The notes under the pieces were generated by a model, which did no database searches, was not told the origin of the DNA, and worked only from the letters and a program-made list of their open reading frames with translations. The position numbers were made by a program, and so were the translations under genes. DNA of 64,000 nt from an uncultured Candidatus Saccharibacteria bacterium. Lineage in GTDB: Bacteria > Patescibacteriota > Dojkabacteria > SC72. Every line of letters begins with the position of its first letter. Position 1 is the stretch's first letter. The DNA lies in NCBI GenBank assembly GCA_964480345.1, contig CAYZNW010000002.1:64524-128523 (forward strand), in the 5' to 3' direction. Below are positions 1 to 8,357 of this stretch, piece after piece.

Positions 1-300
1 TGGGTTAATGTGATAGTTCAAAACCACAGAAGAATCTACAGTTTGAAGATCCTTAGTACCTGCACTAGATCTACCATCTACTCTCTTAATCTTCACATCC
101 ATCTTAGTTACACTCTCCATAATAGGTAATTTCCAATTAAAACCAGCACTCATTTCTCTACCTGTAGCTCTACCAAACCTAGTAACTACACCAACCTCTC
201 CCTGCTTAATAATTTCAAATGACCCAAGGAAGATAATGAACAGAAACAAGAATAAAACAACAATTCCAAATCTTTTATCTTTCAATCTATTAGCAATCAT
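1..300 (-). CDS. SPFH/band-7 (HflK/HflC/prohibitin-like) membrane protein, 5' part only (gene runs off window start)
   Basis: Reverse-complement of 1..300 translates from ATG (comp 298-300) to MIANRLKDKRFGIVVLFLFLFIIFLGSFEIIKQGEVGVVTRFGRATGREMSAGFNWKLPIMESVTKMDVKIKRVDG... This is an N-terminal TM helix followed by the GxVGVVxRFGR...GxxFxxP signature of SPFH domains. It is not in the ORF track because the frame has no stop inside the window. Confidence 0.5.
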   Translation of the reverse strand, partial: MIANRLKDKRFGIVVLFLFLFIIFLGSFEIIKQGEVGVVTRFGRATGREMSAGFNWKLPIMESVTKMDVKIKRVDGRSSAGTKDLQTVDSSVVLNYHINP

Positions 301-331
301 ATTTGTATATTTTAAAATTATCTAATATCCA

Positions 332-973
332 TTATATCATGCTCTTAATAGGTTCAAAACTTCTTCTATGAATATCACAAATACCGTATTTCTGAATAGC
401 TTCTAAATGCTTCTTAGTACCGTAACCAACATGACAATCAAATTCATACACAGGATAAAGTTTAGAATACTCTAACATCATCCTATCTCTACATACCTTA
501 GCTAAAACAGAGGCAGCAGCAATACTGTAATGATTCAGATCCCCTTTATCAATACTCTCCATCTCATATCCATCAAGTAAATATATACCCCCATCAGATA
601 TGATATATTCAACAGAAACACCTAGTTTCTGCTCTACTTCTTTAACAGCTTTGGTCATTGCTAGAAGAACTGCATTCTTAATACCTAACTTGTCTATTTC
701 TTTCTCACTTACAATACCTATACCGTACGCAGTAGACTTTTCTCTAATCAGATCATATGCTGTATCTCTCTGTTTTTTTGTCATCTTCTTGCTGTCTCTT
801 ACAGTATCAACTACTTGATTAGCTTTAGTAATTACAACTGCCCCTGCTACTACAGGACCTGCTAAAGGACCTCGTCCTGCTTCATCTAAACCTACAACAT
901 ACTTTTTCCCTAAAGACCACAACTTTTCTTCCAATTTAATATCTGGATATATCATATAAATATATGGTAACAT
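332..973 (-). CDS. rnhB: Ribonuclease HII
   Basis: VVGLDEAGRGPLAGPVVAGAVV and DSKKMTKKQR motifs with the DGG...D acidic residues typical of RNase HII; about 200 aa. Confidence 0.9.
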   Translation of the reverse strand: MLPYIYMIYPDIKLEEKLWSLGKKYVVGLDEAGRGPLAGPVVAGAVVITKANQVVDTVRDSKKMTKKQRDTAYDLIREKSTAYGIGIVSEKEIDKLGIKNAVLLAMTKAVKEVEQKLGVSVEYIISDGGIYLLDGYEMESIDKGDLNHYSIAAASVLAKVCRDRMMLEYSKLYPVYEFDCHVGYGTKKHLEAIQKYGICDIHRRSFEPIKSMI

Positions 974-979
974 ATATTT

Positions 980-1297
980 ATGAAAATTATTCTTAAAACC
1001 ATAGCGATAGCCACAGTATTCCTTTTACCAGCGACACTCACTCTTGCTCAAGAGCAACCTACTACTCTACAAGGTCAAACAGCTGAAGTAGAAATAGAGA
1101 GTAAAGAAAGTATTGATGTACAGGAGGATGAAACTACAACTAATCAAGTTACTGAAGAACCTAAACAAGAGGAAGTAGCAAAGCAACAAGTAGTAGAGGA
1201 GAGGAAATACTCTCTTGGAACATTACTTGTAGCCTTCTTGATTCCTGCGTTTTTTCTGATAGTATTTTATTTAATACTTAAAACCGTTAAGTTCTAA
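980..1297 (+). CDS. Hypothetical secreted/membrane-anchored acidic protein
   Basis: N-terminal signal-like hydrophobic segment, E/Q/T-rich low-complexity middle, C-terminal hydrophobic anchor (LLVAFLIPAFFLIVFYLIL). No recognisable catalytic motif. Confidence 0.35.
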   Translation: MKIILKTIAIATVFLLPATLTLAQEQPTTLQGQTAEVEIESKESIDVQEDETTTNQVTEEPKQEEVAKQQVVEERKYSLGTLLVAFLIPAFFLIVFYLILKTVKF

Positions 1298-1322
1298 TAT
1301 CTAAATTTTAAATATTTAACAT

Positions 1323-1688
1323 ATGGCAGAAAACGGAAAATCTTTTGCAAAGGGAGCAATCTTCGGAGTAATTAGTGGTGCATTAGCTGGTATTCTTCTT
1401 GCACCAAAATCTGGTAAAGAAACTAGGGAGGATATTAAGAAGTTATCTGTAGAGTTACAAGATAAAGCTGAGGAGATATATACTAATGCCAAGAAACAGT
1501 TAGCTACAAAGGTAGAAAATGTAAAGAAGGCAGGTAAATCTATTGATGAGACTAAATACAAAGAATTAATAGCTGAAGTAGTTGACGATTTTAAAACTAA
1601 CCAGAAAATCACTCAACAAACGGCAGTAAAGTTAGGTGAAATATTAAGGAAAGACTGGGAGAAAGTAAAGAAACAGATAGCTAAGTAG
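1323..1688 (+). CDS. YtxH-like (DUF948) membrane-associated protein
   Basis: GAIFGVISGALAGILLAPKSGKETREDIKK matches the YtxH GxxxGxxxGxLxAPKSGKETR signature, followed by a coiled-coil K/E-rich tail. Confidence 0.6.
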   Translation: MAENGKSFAKGAIFGVISGALAGILLAPKSGKETREDIKKLSVELQDKAEEIYTNAKKQLATKVENVKKAGKSIDETKYKELIAEVVDDFKTNQKITQQTAVKLGEILRKDWEKVKKQIAK

Positions 1689-1758
1689 CTTCCTAGCAAT
1701 AAGGTAATGTAGAAGAGGAGTAGAAATACTCCTCTTTTTCTAATATACTTCAAACATT

Positions 1759-1831
1759 GCGAGAGTAGTTCATTTGGTAGAATGTCTCCTTCCCAAGGAG
1801 AAGGTAGCGGGTTCGAGTCCCGTCTCTCGCT
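1759..1831 (+). tRNA. tRNA-Gly (anticodon CCC)
   Basis: Cloverleaf read by eye: acceptor GCGAGAG/CTCTCGC, anticodon stem TCTCC/GGAGA with loop TTCCCAA, T-arm GCGGG TTCGAGT CCCGT. CCA is not encoded. Confidence 0.85.
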
Positions 1832-1843
1832 TAGAAAATCTGA

Positions 1844-2548
1844 TTAGTTAACTCTCTCACTCTTCATACTTTCGCTATACTCTTTTGTAAGCATTTCCTC
1901 TGCAGTTTCAGTGGGAATATAATTTTCATCAAAGAGATGATAGGCAGGAGTGAAATTATCCTTAACCCGATCTAGATAATGATCAAACTCCTCTTGAGTT
2001 CGACGATCTTTATATGCCCTATATCTAATAGATTCTCTAATATTCGCAGGATTATAGTTATCAATTGCAAAATGTTCCTGTTTCGAGAAGTAATTAAAAT
2101 CATCTGTGAGTTCAAGATCGACAAGTGTATCAATTTCACTATCATATGAATAATCTGCCACCCTTTTAACACAATCCATAGCATGAAATCCTCCAACAAC
2201 TAAACTTTCAACTTCTCCTAGTTGGTCTAGTAAAAACTTCTCGTTAGGATATTTCACCTCATTTGAATGTTTAACAGTTCCATTTTTGTGATATCCACTC
2301 GCTTCCTCAAAGGTTACATCTGTAAAGATGATTTTGTCTTCACTTTTAACTTCAACATTCTTTATGTTTCTGTCTGGATATACAGCAAAGACAACTTCAT
2401 AGCCTTTCTCTCTATACCTTTTCTGGATACATTCGTTTAGAGTAGATATGGGGTCTCTGTACCCATGTCTTCTGCAAAACTCCGCACTAATAAAAGAGGT
2501 GTCGAAGAACTCTTCAATTGGATATAAAAATAAAAAAAACTTCCTCAT
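1844..2548 (-). CDS. Hypothetical protein; weak resemblance to the isochorismatase-like cysteine hydrolase motif
   Basis: 234 aa with no strong motif. SLVVGGFHAMDCVKRVA resembles the VxVxGxxxxxCV nucleophile region of isochorismatase/PncA-family hydrolases. It sits between the tRNA-Gly 3' region and its duplicated copy. Confidence 0.45.
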   Translation of the reverse strand: MRKFFLFLYPIEEFFDTSFISAEFCRRHGYRDPISTLNECIQKRYREKGYEVVFAVYPDRNIKNVEVKSEDKIIFTDVTFEEASGYHKNGTVKHSNEVKYPNEKFLLDQLGEVESLVVGGFHAMDCVKRVADYSYDSEIDTLVDLELTDDFNYFSKQEHFAIDNYNPANIRESIRYRAYKDRRTQEEFDHYLDRVKDNFTPAYHLFDENYIPTETAEEMLTKEYSESMKSERVN

Positions 2549-2619
2549 AGGGCAATATTATACTACAAAAGCACCATTGATTTTCCACAATCTCTTTGTT
2601 ACAATTCCTGTTACGAAAT

Positions 2620-2674
2620 GCTGGTATAGCTCAGTCATAAGGAGAAGGTAGCGGGTTCGAGTTCCGTCTCTCGC
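2620..2674 (+). pseudogene. Chimeric tRNA remnant: 5' 16 nt of tRNA-Thr fused to the 3' half of tRNA-Gly(CCC); not foldable as a tRNA
   Basis: GCTGGTATAGCTCAGT (identical to tRNA-Thr 3311-3326, with the same upstream TTGTTACAAT..GTTACGA promoter-like block) joined to GGAGAAGGTAGCGGGTTCGAGTTCCGTCTCTCGC-TTAGAAA. The latter is a 1-mismatch copy of tRNA-Gly 1789-1838 including about 25 nt of its 3' flank. The acceptor ends cannot pair. Confidence 0.6.
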
Positions 2675-2691
2675 TTAGAAATTTTTAATAG

Positions 2692-3231
2692 TTAATCCTG
2701 ACTCTCGTTATTGGATAGATTTATCTTCAAAGAAATCTGTGATTCCTCATCTAACTGTCTATATGTAATACCACATTCATCAAAAAGTCTTTTTGATGCT
2801 TTTATTCCATCTGTATCAGCATATTTGTCACTCAAATACACCACTTCCTTAATACCTGATTGAATTATTTCCTTTGCACACTCGTTACATGGAAAAAGAT
2901 CTACATATATTCTTGCACCTTCCATATCTTTTCTACTACCACGATAGTTTAAAATTGCATTTCTCTCTGCATGTACAACATATGGGTACTTAGTTTCCAA
3001 ATATTCCCCTTCTCTACCCCAAGGAAATTTACTATCTTCAAAACCATTTGGAGCACCATTGTATCCAATTGACAGTATACGATTATCATCACCTACTATA
3101 CATGCACCTACCTGAGTATTAGGATCTTTACTTCGCATTGCTGATAGCTTCGCTATGGACATAAAGTAAACATCCCAACTTATTCTCTCTTTCCTCTCTA
3201 AATTGTATTCTTTCTCAGCTCCTTCTTCCAT
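2692..3231 (-). CDS. comEB: Deoxycytidylate (dCMP) deaminase, ComEB-like
   Basis: Cytidine/deoxycytidylate deaminase zinc motifs HAERNAI and PCNECAK; size about 180 aa. Confidence 0.85.
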   Translation of the reverse strand: MEEGAEKEYNLERKERISWDVYFMSIAKLSAMRSKDPNTQVGACIVGDDNRILSIGYNGAPNGFEDSKFPWGREGEYLETKYPYVVHAERNAILNYRGSRKDMEGARIYVDLFPCNECAKEIIQSGIKEVVYLSDKYADTDGIKASKRLFDECGITYRQLDEESQISLKINLSNNESQD

Positions 3232-3310
3232 ATTTATTCACATATTATACCAAATCAATCAAACAATGTTGTACTCCCCTCTCTCATTTGTTACAATACT
3301 TGTTACGATT

Positions 3311-3383
3311 GCTGGTATAGCTCAGTTGGTAGAGCATTCCCTTCGTAAGGGACAGGTCGTTGGTTCGACTCCAACTACCAGCT
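3311..3383 (+). tRNA. tRNA-Thr (anticodon CGT)
   Basis: Acceptor GCTGGTA/TACCAGC, D-arm TAGCTCAGTTGGTAGAGC, anticodon loop TTCGTAA, T-arm GGTTCGACTCC. Confidence 0.85.
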
Positions 3384-3398
3384 AAATATACAAAAACT

Positions 3399-4475
3399 AT
3401 GAAAACACCAAAATATACATTAACAAACCTAATGCTAAGCTACATAGTAAAATATGAGCTTGCCCTAAACGATATGAGGTACAACCCTCTTCCTGAAAAA
3501 TACATATCACCAATACTTGAGAAATTAGCAACGGAGGACTTAGATAACCTCGGAGAACTCATCTCATACCCCATTGGTTACAACAAATCATTAAGTATAC
3601 AAAGAGGACAAGAGATGCCATCAGAGAAAAAGAAATTCAAAATATTTACAAACTTTAGAAATGTTAAAGATTTTGTAAATTCATACAACGATAACAACTC
3701 ACTAAGAGCCTCTATGGAGTTAGCTACACATATAAACAGATTAATAACTAAAGACATTGTAGATGATACTGAGATAGGTAACCTAAGAACATTTTCAGAG
3801 AAGCCAAATGAAATATATGATACCTGGTACAAATGTAGAGATTTCTACCCTAACCTAGATCCAGTATCGTACTTTAATGAAATATTTGAATGGTTACAGA
3901 ATGGAAAAGATAATAACCATAAACTACTTAAAATGGGAGTATTGCTGTATGAATTCATAGACAAAGCTCCATTTACAGCAGGTAATCAAGTAACTGCTCT
4001 TCTTGTTACAGAAACCATCGCTAAAAAATATGGATACAATCCAGACAACATATTTCCATTTTTCAAATCTGTAAACAGCATAGCAGAAGACTTCACATCT
4101 GCATTCAAACTCTCAAAAGGTAAACTCGATCTAACAATATTCCTAGAAGCCTTTCTCTATACAATTTCTAAAACTGCTGTAGAAACATCAAGAGAAATTA
4201 AAGAAACATATATCAAGAAGGTAAAAAAACAGGGAGATTTAGAATTGCATTTAAATCCAAGGCAGATAAAAGTGATAGATTACTTAACAATTAATCAGAA
4301 GGTAACAAGAAGTAACTTTACTAAAATGATGGGAGTATCTTTCATGACCTCCTATAGAGATTTACAAGATATGTTGCAAAAGAAATATATTCTACAAAAA
4401 GGCAAAGGAAGAGGTACTTTCTATATCTTAAACAAAAATCAAAACCAACAAAAAGAGGATGTAGTTATTGAATAA
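3399..4475 (+). CDS. Fic/DOC-like protein with degenerate Fic motif and C-terminal winged-helix-like domain
   Basis: Track ORF starts at 3360 inside tRNA-Thr; the first ATG clear of the tRNA is 3399 (MKTPKYTL). APFTAGNQVTALLV aligns to the Fic HPFx[DE]GNGRxxR motif with H, D/E and R replaced. The C-terminus KVTRSNFTKMMGVSFMTSYRDLQDMLQKKYILQKGKGRGTFY looks like a wHTH. Confidence 0.4.
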   Translation: MKTPKYTLTNLMLSYIVKYELALNDMRYNPLPEKYISPILEKLATEDLDNLGELISYPIGYNKSLSIQRGQEMPSEKKKFKIFTNFRNVKDFVNSYNDNNSLRASMELATHINRLITKDIVDDTEIGNLRTFSEKPNEIYDTWYKCRDFYPNLDPVSYFNEIFEWLQNGKDNNHKLLKMGVLLYEFIDKAPFTAGNQVTALLVTETIAKKYGYNPDNIFPFFKSVNSIAEDFTSAFKLSKGKLDLTIFLEAFLYTISKTAVETSREIKETYIKKVKKQGDLELHLNPRQIKVIDYLTINQKVTRSNFTKMMGVSFMTSYRDLQDMLQKKYILQKGKGRGTFYILNKNQNQQKEDVVIE

Positions 4476-4503
4476 TCGACATAAAATTGCTAGTATTAAC
4501 ACC

Positions 4504-6009
4504 ATGAAATTAGAAGAGAAGTACGATGTAATCATCGGATTAGAGATACATGTACAGACCAAAACAAACTCTAAGATGTTCTGCTCATGTCCCACAGGAT
4601 ACTTTCAGCAAGAACCAAATACTCATGTATGTCCCGTATGTTTGGGCTTACCAGGAGCGTTACCAGTAGTTAACAAACATGCAATAGAGTTATGTATATT
4701 AATGGGGCTAGCAACAAAATGTAAAATAGATAACGAAATACACTTTGATAGAAAACATTACTTCTACCCAGATTTGCCAAAAGGATATCAGATTAGTCAG
4801 GGTAAAAGACCAATATGTTCCAATGGTAAAGTATCACTCCCAAACGGTACTGTTGTAGAGATTGAAAGAATACATCAAGAGGAGGATGTTGCGAAATCTA
4901 CACATCACACAGAGGCAATGACAGGAAGAGCATACACACTCATTGATTACAACAAATCAAGCGTCCCTCTCATAGAGATTGTTACTAAACCTTGTATTAG
5001 AAATGCTAAAGATGCTAAAGATTACGCTACTAGAATTAGACAGATAGCAAGATATTTGGAGATATCTGATGCTGATATGGAGAAAGGACAGATGAGATGT
5101 GAGCCTAACATATCAATACAGGAGAAAGGAAAATGGGAAATGAAAGATGGAAAAATTCTCCCCATTGGTGATTACAAACTAAATCCAAAGGTAGAGGTTA
5201 AAAATATTGGGTCCATAACTGCAGTCGAGAAAGCCATAGAGTATGAAGTTGATAGAATGTTAAAACAGATTGAGAATAATGAGGAGATGAAACAGCAAAC
5301 AAGAGGTTGGAATGCAGATAAAGGTGTAACAGAATTTCAGAGAAGTAAAGAAACAGCTGATGACTACAGATATATGCCAGATCCAGATATTCCAATTATT
5401 GATATTCCTGAAGAGGTAATAAAAAAGATTTCGAAGAACCTCATAGAGTTACCTGACGAGAAGATTGCAAGATATATTAAAGAGTGGGATTTGCCACAAT
5501 ACTCAGCTGAAGTAATATCAGCATCTAAAGAGAGCGCTAAATATTTTGAAGATCTACAGAAGGAGTTAAGTAAAAGCATGAGCGATAGCGAAGCAGCAAA
5601 AGAGGCTTCCAACTGGTTAATGGGGACTGTGTATGCAATAAATAATAAGCTTGGGAAAGAAAATGAAAAAATTGATATTGCAATATCTGAATTAGCTATG
5701 TTAATTACAGCATTTAAAGAAAAAGTATTTACAAAGAATAGAGCCGAAGAGATACTGCTGGAGAAAATAGAGAAAGGTATAGATATAACAAAAGAGATAG
5801 AGAAGATGAAGAAAGAGAGAGAGAGCAGTAGTGGTAATCTTGAGAATATTGTAAAAGAGGTTATATCTAAAAACGAGAAAGCAGTTGTTGATTATAGAAA
5901 TGGTAAATTAGCTAGTATAGGTTTCTTGTTAGGACAGGTTATGCAAAGTACTAAAGGTACAGCTAATCCTGATGAGGTTAAAAATATTTTAGAAAAAGAA
6001 TTAAAGTAA
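4504..6009 (+). CDS. gatB: Asp-tRNA(Asn)/Glu-tRNA(Gln) amidotransferase subunit B
   Basis: KYDVIIGLEIHVQ...KMFCSC...CPVCLGLPGALP GatB N-terminal signature, and a C-terminal YqeY-like tail. Start chosen at the ATG 4504 (MKLEEKYD) rather than track start 4468, which lies 7 nt before the stop of the preceding gene. Confidence 0.9.
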   Translation: MKLEEKYDVIIGLEIHVQTKTNSKMFCSCPTGYFQQEPNTHVCPVCLGLPGALPVVNKHAIELCILMGLATKCKIDNEIHFDRKHYFYPDLPKGYQISQGKRPICSNGKVSLPNGTVVEIERIHQEEDVAKSTHHTEAMTGRAYTLIDYNKSSVPLIEIVTKPCIRNAKDAKDYATRIRQIARYLEISDADMEKGQMRCEPNISIQEKGKWEMKDGKILPIGDYKLNPKVEVKNIGSITAVEKAIEYEVDRMLKQIENNEEMKQQTRGWNADKGVTEFQRSKETADDYRYMPDPDIPIIDIPEEVIKKISKNLIELPDEKIARYIKEWDLPQYSAEVISASKESAKYFEDLQKELSKSMSDSEAAKEASNWLMGTVYAINNKLGKENEKIDIAISELAMLITAFKEKVFTKNRAEEILLEKIEKGIDITKEIEKMKKERESSSGNLENIVKEVISKNEKAVVDYRNGKLASIGFLLGQVMQSTKGTANPDEVKNILEKELK

Positions 6010-6302
6010 TGAAAATAGATGTAAAGAAAATAGCAGAATTATCAAGAATAGCTCTTACGGATAAAGAGCTAAAAGAGTTTACTCCACAGATGGAGGGTAT
6101 ATTAGATTCTGTAGAGGTATTAAAAGAGGTTGATACTACAAATGTAGAACCTATGAAAGCTCATATTAAGTTTGAAGATTTACGAGAGGATGTTCCTGGT
6201 AAAACTTTATCTCAGGAAGAGGTTCTTAAAAATGCAAAACATACAGAAGATGGATATGTCAAAATATATGGAGATGTTTTTGGAAGTGAGAGCGGTGAGT
6301 AG
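6009..6302 (+). CDS. gatC: Asp-tRNA(Asn)/Glu-tRNA(Gln) amidotransferase subunit C
   Basis: 97 aa. IAELSRIALTDKEL...EDVPG matches the GatC family. The ATG overlaps the gatB stop (TAATG). Confidence 0.8.
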   Translation: MKIDVKKIAELSRIALTDKELKEFTPQMEGILDSVEVLKEVDTTNVEPMKAHIKFEDLREDVPGKTLSQEEVLKNAKHTEDGYVKIYGDVFGSESGE

Positions 6303-6303
6303 A

Positions 6304-7050
6304 TTATTTATCTTTAAAGTATCCTACTCTTTGTAATAATAGATACCATCTTTCCCAAAAAGACATAAACTCTTCGTTATTGATTTTTCCTGTGGTATCC
6401 TTTCCTGATATTTTCTCTATAGATTTTCTCACTTTCTTAACTGTAGGTTTTATAAAATATTGAGCATTGATAGTCGCATACTTAATAACATCTACTTTTC
6501 CTAGAAAAGCTATCATTCTAAAGTTTTTTCGTTCCTCTTCATCACTTTCAAGTAAATATCTGGCAACTTTCTGTAGTCTGTGATTACCATCAAGGATATT
6601 ACCTACTTTCAATAATCCTTTGTCTAATAATAATTTCTCATCTTTATTAATCGGAGAAAATAGTAGTGGAGGATCAATATCGCCTTTCCTAATTTTTTCT
6701 TCCACTTCATTTCTGTCATACTCTGAGTTTAGAATACCGTGTACCCAAATTTTTGATTGTTCGGGAATATTCTCTTCTCTTTGAATAACTTCATTAGCAA
6801 CTCCCTCTAACGTAACATTCCTTCCACACTCTTTCCAAAATATGTATGCAGGAGCTACTGTTTGTGATGTTTCTACAAAAGATTGCAAAGACAACACATC
6901 TTCAGCATTTAATTCTACAATGCTCCAATCCTCTATTCCTAATTTTTCAAAACTGTACTGTTTCCCAAATCCTTCTTCCTTCTGAGACTGAATATAATAA
7001 TTGTACTCTGATATTGCACTTGGCGATATTTCACTTTGTACTGTTTCCAT
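6304..7050 (-). CDS. ParB/sulfiredoxin-fold (DGxHR-motif) domain protein, standalone
   Basis: GNILDGNHRLQKVARYL matches the DGxHR + A signature of the ParB/Srx/DndB (DGQHR) nuclease/NTPase fold. No partner genes were recognised around it. Confidence 0.4.
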   Translation of the reverse strand: METVQSEISPSAISEYNYYIQSQKEEGFGKQYSFEKLGIEDWSIVELNAEDVLSLQSFVETSQTVAPAYIFWKECGRNVTLEGVANEVIQREENIPEQSKIWVHGILNSEYDRNEVEEKIRKGDIDPPLLFSPINKDEKLLLDKGLLKVGNILDGNHRLQKVARYLLESDEEERKNFRMIAFLGKVDVIKYATINAQYFIKPTVKKVRKSIEKISGKDTTGKINNEEFMSFWERWYLLLQRVGYFKDK

Positions 7051-7132
7051 ATTGTATTATATCATTTTCTTTTATTAACATTGTAAAAGCTATCAAAATT
7101 CCTAATAATTTAGTAAAATAATCACATCAAAC

Positions 7133-7218
7133 GCCGAGGTGGTGAAATTGGCAGACACGTATGCCTTAGGAGCATATGGGGCGAAATCCCTGTGGAGGTT
7201 CGAGTCCTCTCCTCGGCA
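7133..7218 (+). tRNA. tRNA-Leu (anticodon TAG)
   Basis: Acceptor GCCGAGG/CCTCGGC, anticodon stem TATGC/GCATA with loop CTTAGGA, long variable arm, T-arm GGAGGTTCGAGTCCTCT. CCA is encoded after the discriminator A. Confidence 0.85.
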
Positions 7219-7249
7219 CCATAAAATATAAAACTTAGATTGAAAACAT

Positions 7250-7495
7250 ATGTTAAAGAAAATAATTAAACCATTCCAAGAAGTACTTCTAGAAAGAAAC
7301 CTATGCGTAGGCTGTACTCACAGGTTAGAAAATGCAAAAAAACTAGGCAACCTATCTGATAACAGAAGCATGGTAGAGTGTAAATGTAAAAGAAGATATG
7401 TATACAACAGAGAGCTAGGAATGTTTGAAAGAGCAACATTTGCAGAAGAACAACAACTCTTAAATCAATTAGAAAAAGATAAAACAATTATTTAA
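7250..7495 (+). CDS. Hypothetical small protein with CxxC...CxC (possible zinc ribbon)
   Basis: 81 aa with CVGC and CKC cysteine pairs; lies between tRNA-Leu and tRNA-Glu. Confidence 0.35.
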   Translation: MLKKIIKPFQEVLLERNLCVGCTHRLENAKKLGNLSDNRSMVECKCKRRYVYNRELGMFERATFAEEQQLLNQLEKDKTII

Positions 7496-7549
7496 GAATG
7501 CCCCTCTGCTTCACAAAATACTCCAATTATAGTAGAATAATTCGATTAT

Positions 7550-7622
7550 GCCGCTATCGTCTAGTGGTCTAGGACAACAGGTTTTCATCCTGTAAACCGG
7601 GGTTCGATTCCCCGTAGCGGTA
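7550..7622 (+). tRNA. tRNA-Glu (anticodon TTC)
   Basis: Acceptor GCCGCTA/TAGCGGT (G-U closing), anticodon stem ACAGG/CCTGT with loop TTTTCAT, T-arm CGGGGTTCGATTCCCCG. Confidence 0.85.
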
Positions 7623-7713
7623 CTTTCCTAACCATAATAATGCTGTTTGACAAAAATATGTCATTTTAATACACTGTACTAGTTAATTTCCTCTTAATTT
7701 AGTAAACAAAAAC

Positions 7714-8322
7714 ATGTACGAAACACCGACAGATGCGCAACAAACAAACACAGAGAAAATATCATCTGTTTTCTCTTCAGTAGGACAATTTATGCTCTCA
7801 TTTCTTGAAACAATAGTGGTGGCTCTTGTAATAACAGTAGTACTCTACCTCTTCATAATGACACCACACGAAGTAGTAGGAAACTCAATGCATCCTACAT
7901 ACAAAAATGGAGAGTATCTCATGGCAAATAAAATAACGTACAGAGTAAAACAACCAGAACGAGGAGATGTCGTCATATTTAAATATTCGGACACACAAGA
8001 CTTCATAAAGAGAATCATAGGACTTCCTGGAGATACAGTTATGCTAAAAGATGGAAAGATCTACATAAATGGAAAACAGTTAGATGAGTCTGCATATCTT
8101 AGCTCTACTGTATATACCAATGGTGGAGATTTTCTTAAAGAGGGACAGAGTATAAAAGTACCAGAGGGTGAATATTTTGTTTGTGGAGATAATAGACCAC
8201 ACAGCTCCGATTCAAGAGTATTTGGCCCTATATCATTAAGCAGAGTAAAAGGAAAAGCATGGATAGTATATTTCCCTTTCTCTCAATTTAGAATAGTAAA
8301 GCATCAAAGTTACGGTATATAA
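7714..8322 (+). CDS. lepB: Signal peptidase I
   Basis: N-terminal TM helix; GNSMHPT (Ser nucleophile box), KRIIGLPGD (Lys box) and GDNRPHSSDSR boxes. Confidence 0.85.
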   Translation: MYETPTDAQQTNTEKISSVFSSVGQFMLSFLETIVVALVITVVLYLFIMTPHEVVGNSMHPTYKNGEYLMANKITYRVKQPERGDVVIFKYSDTQDFIKRIIGLPGDTVMLKDGKIYINGKQLDESAYLSSTVYTNGGDFLKEGQSIKVPEGEYFVCGDNRPHSSDSRVFGPISLSRVKGKAWIVYFPFSQFRIVKHQSYGI

Positions 8323-8357
8323 GTAGAATAAATAACCAAAAGATGTTAATCTGAACT

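Noticed and set aside
3360-3398. 5' extension of the Fic-like ORF proposed by the track
   Set aside because: It overlaps the 3' end of tRNA-Thr on the same strand. The first ATG clear of the tRNA (3399) was used instead.
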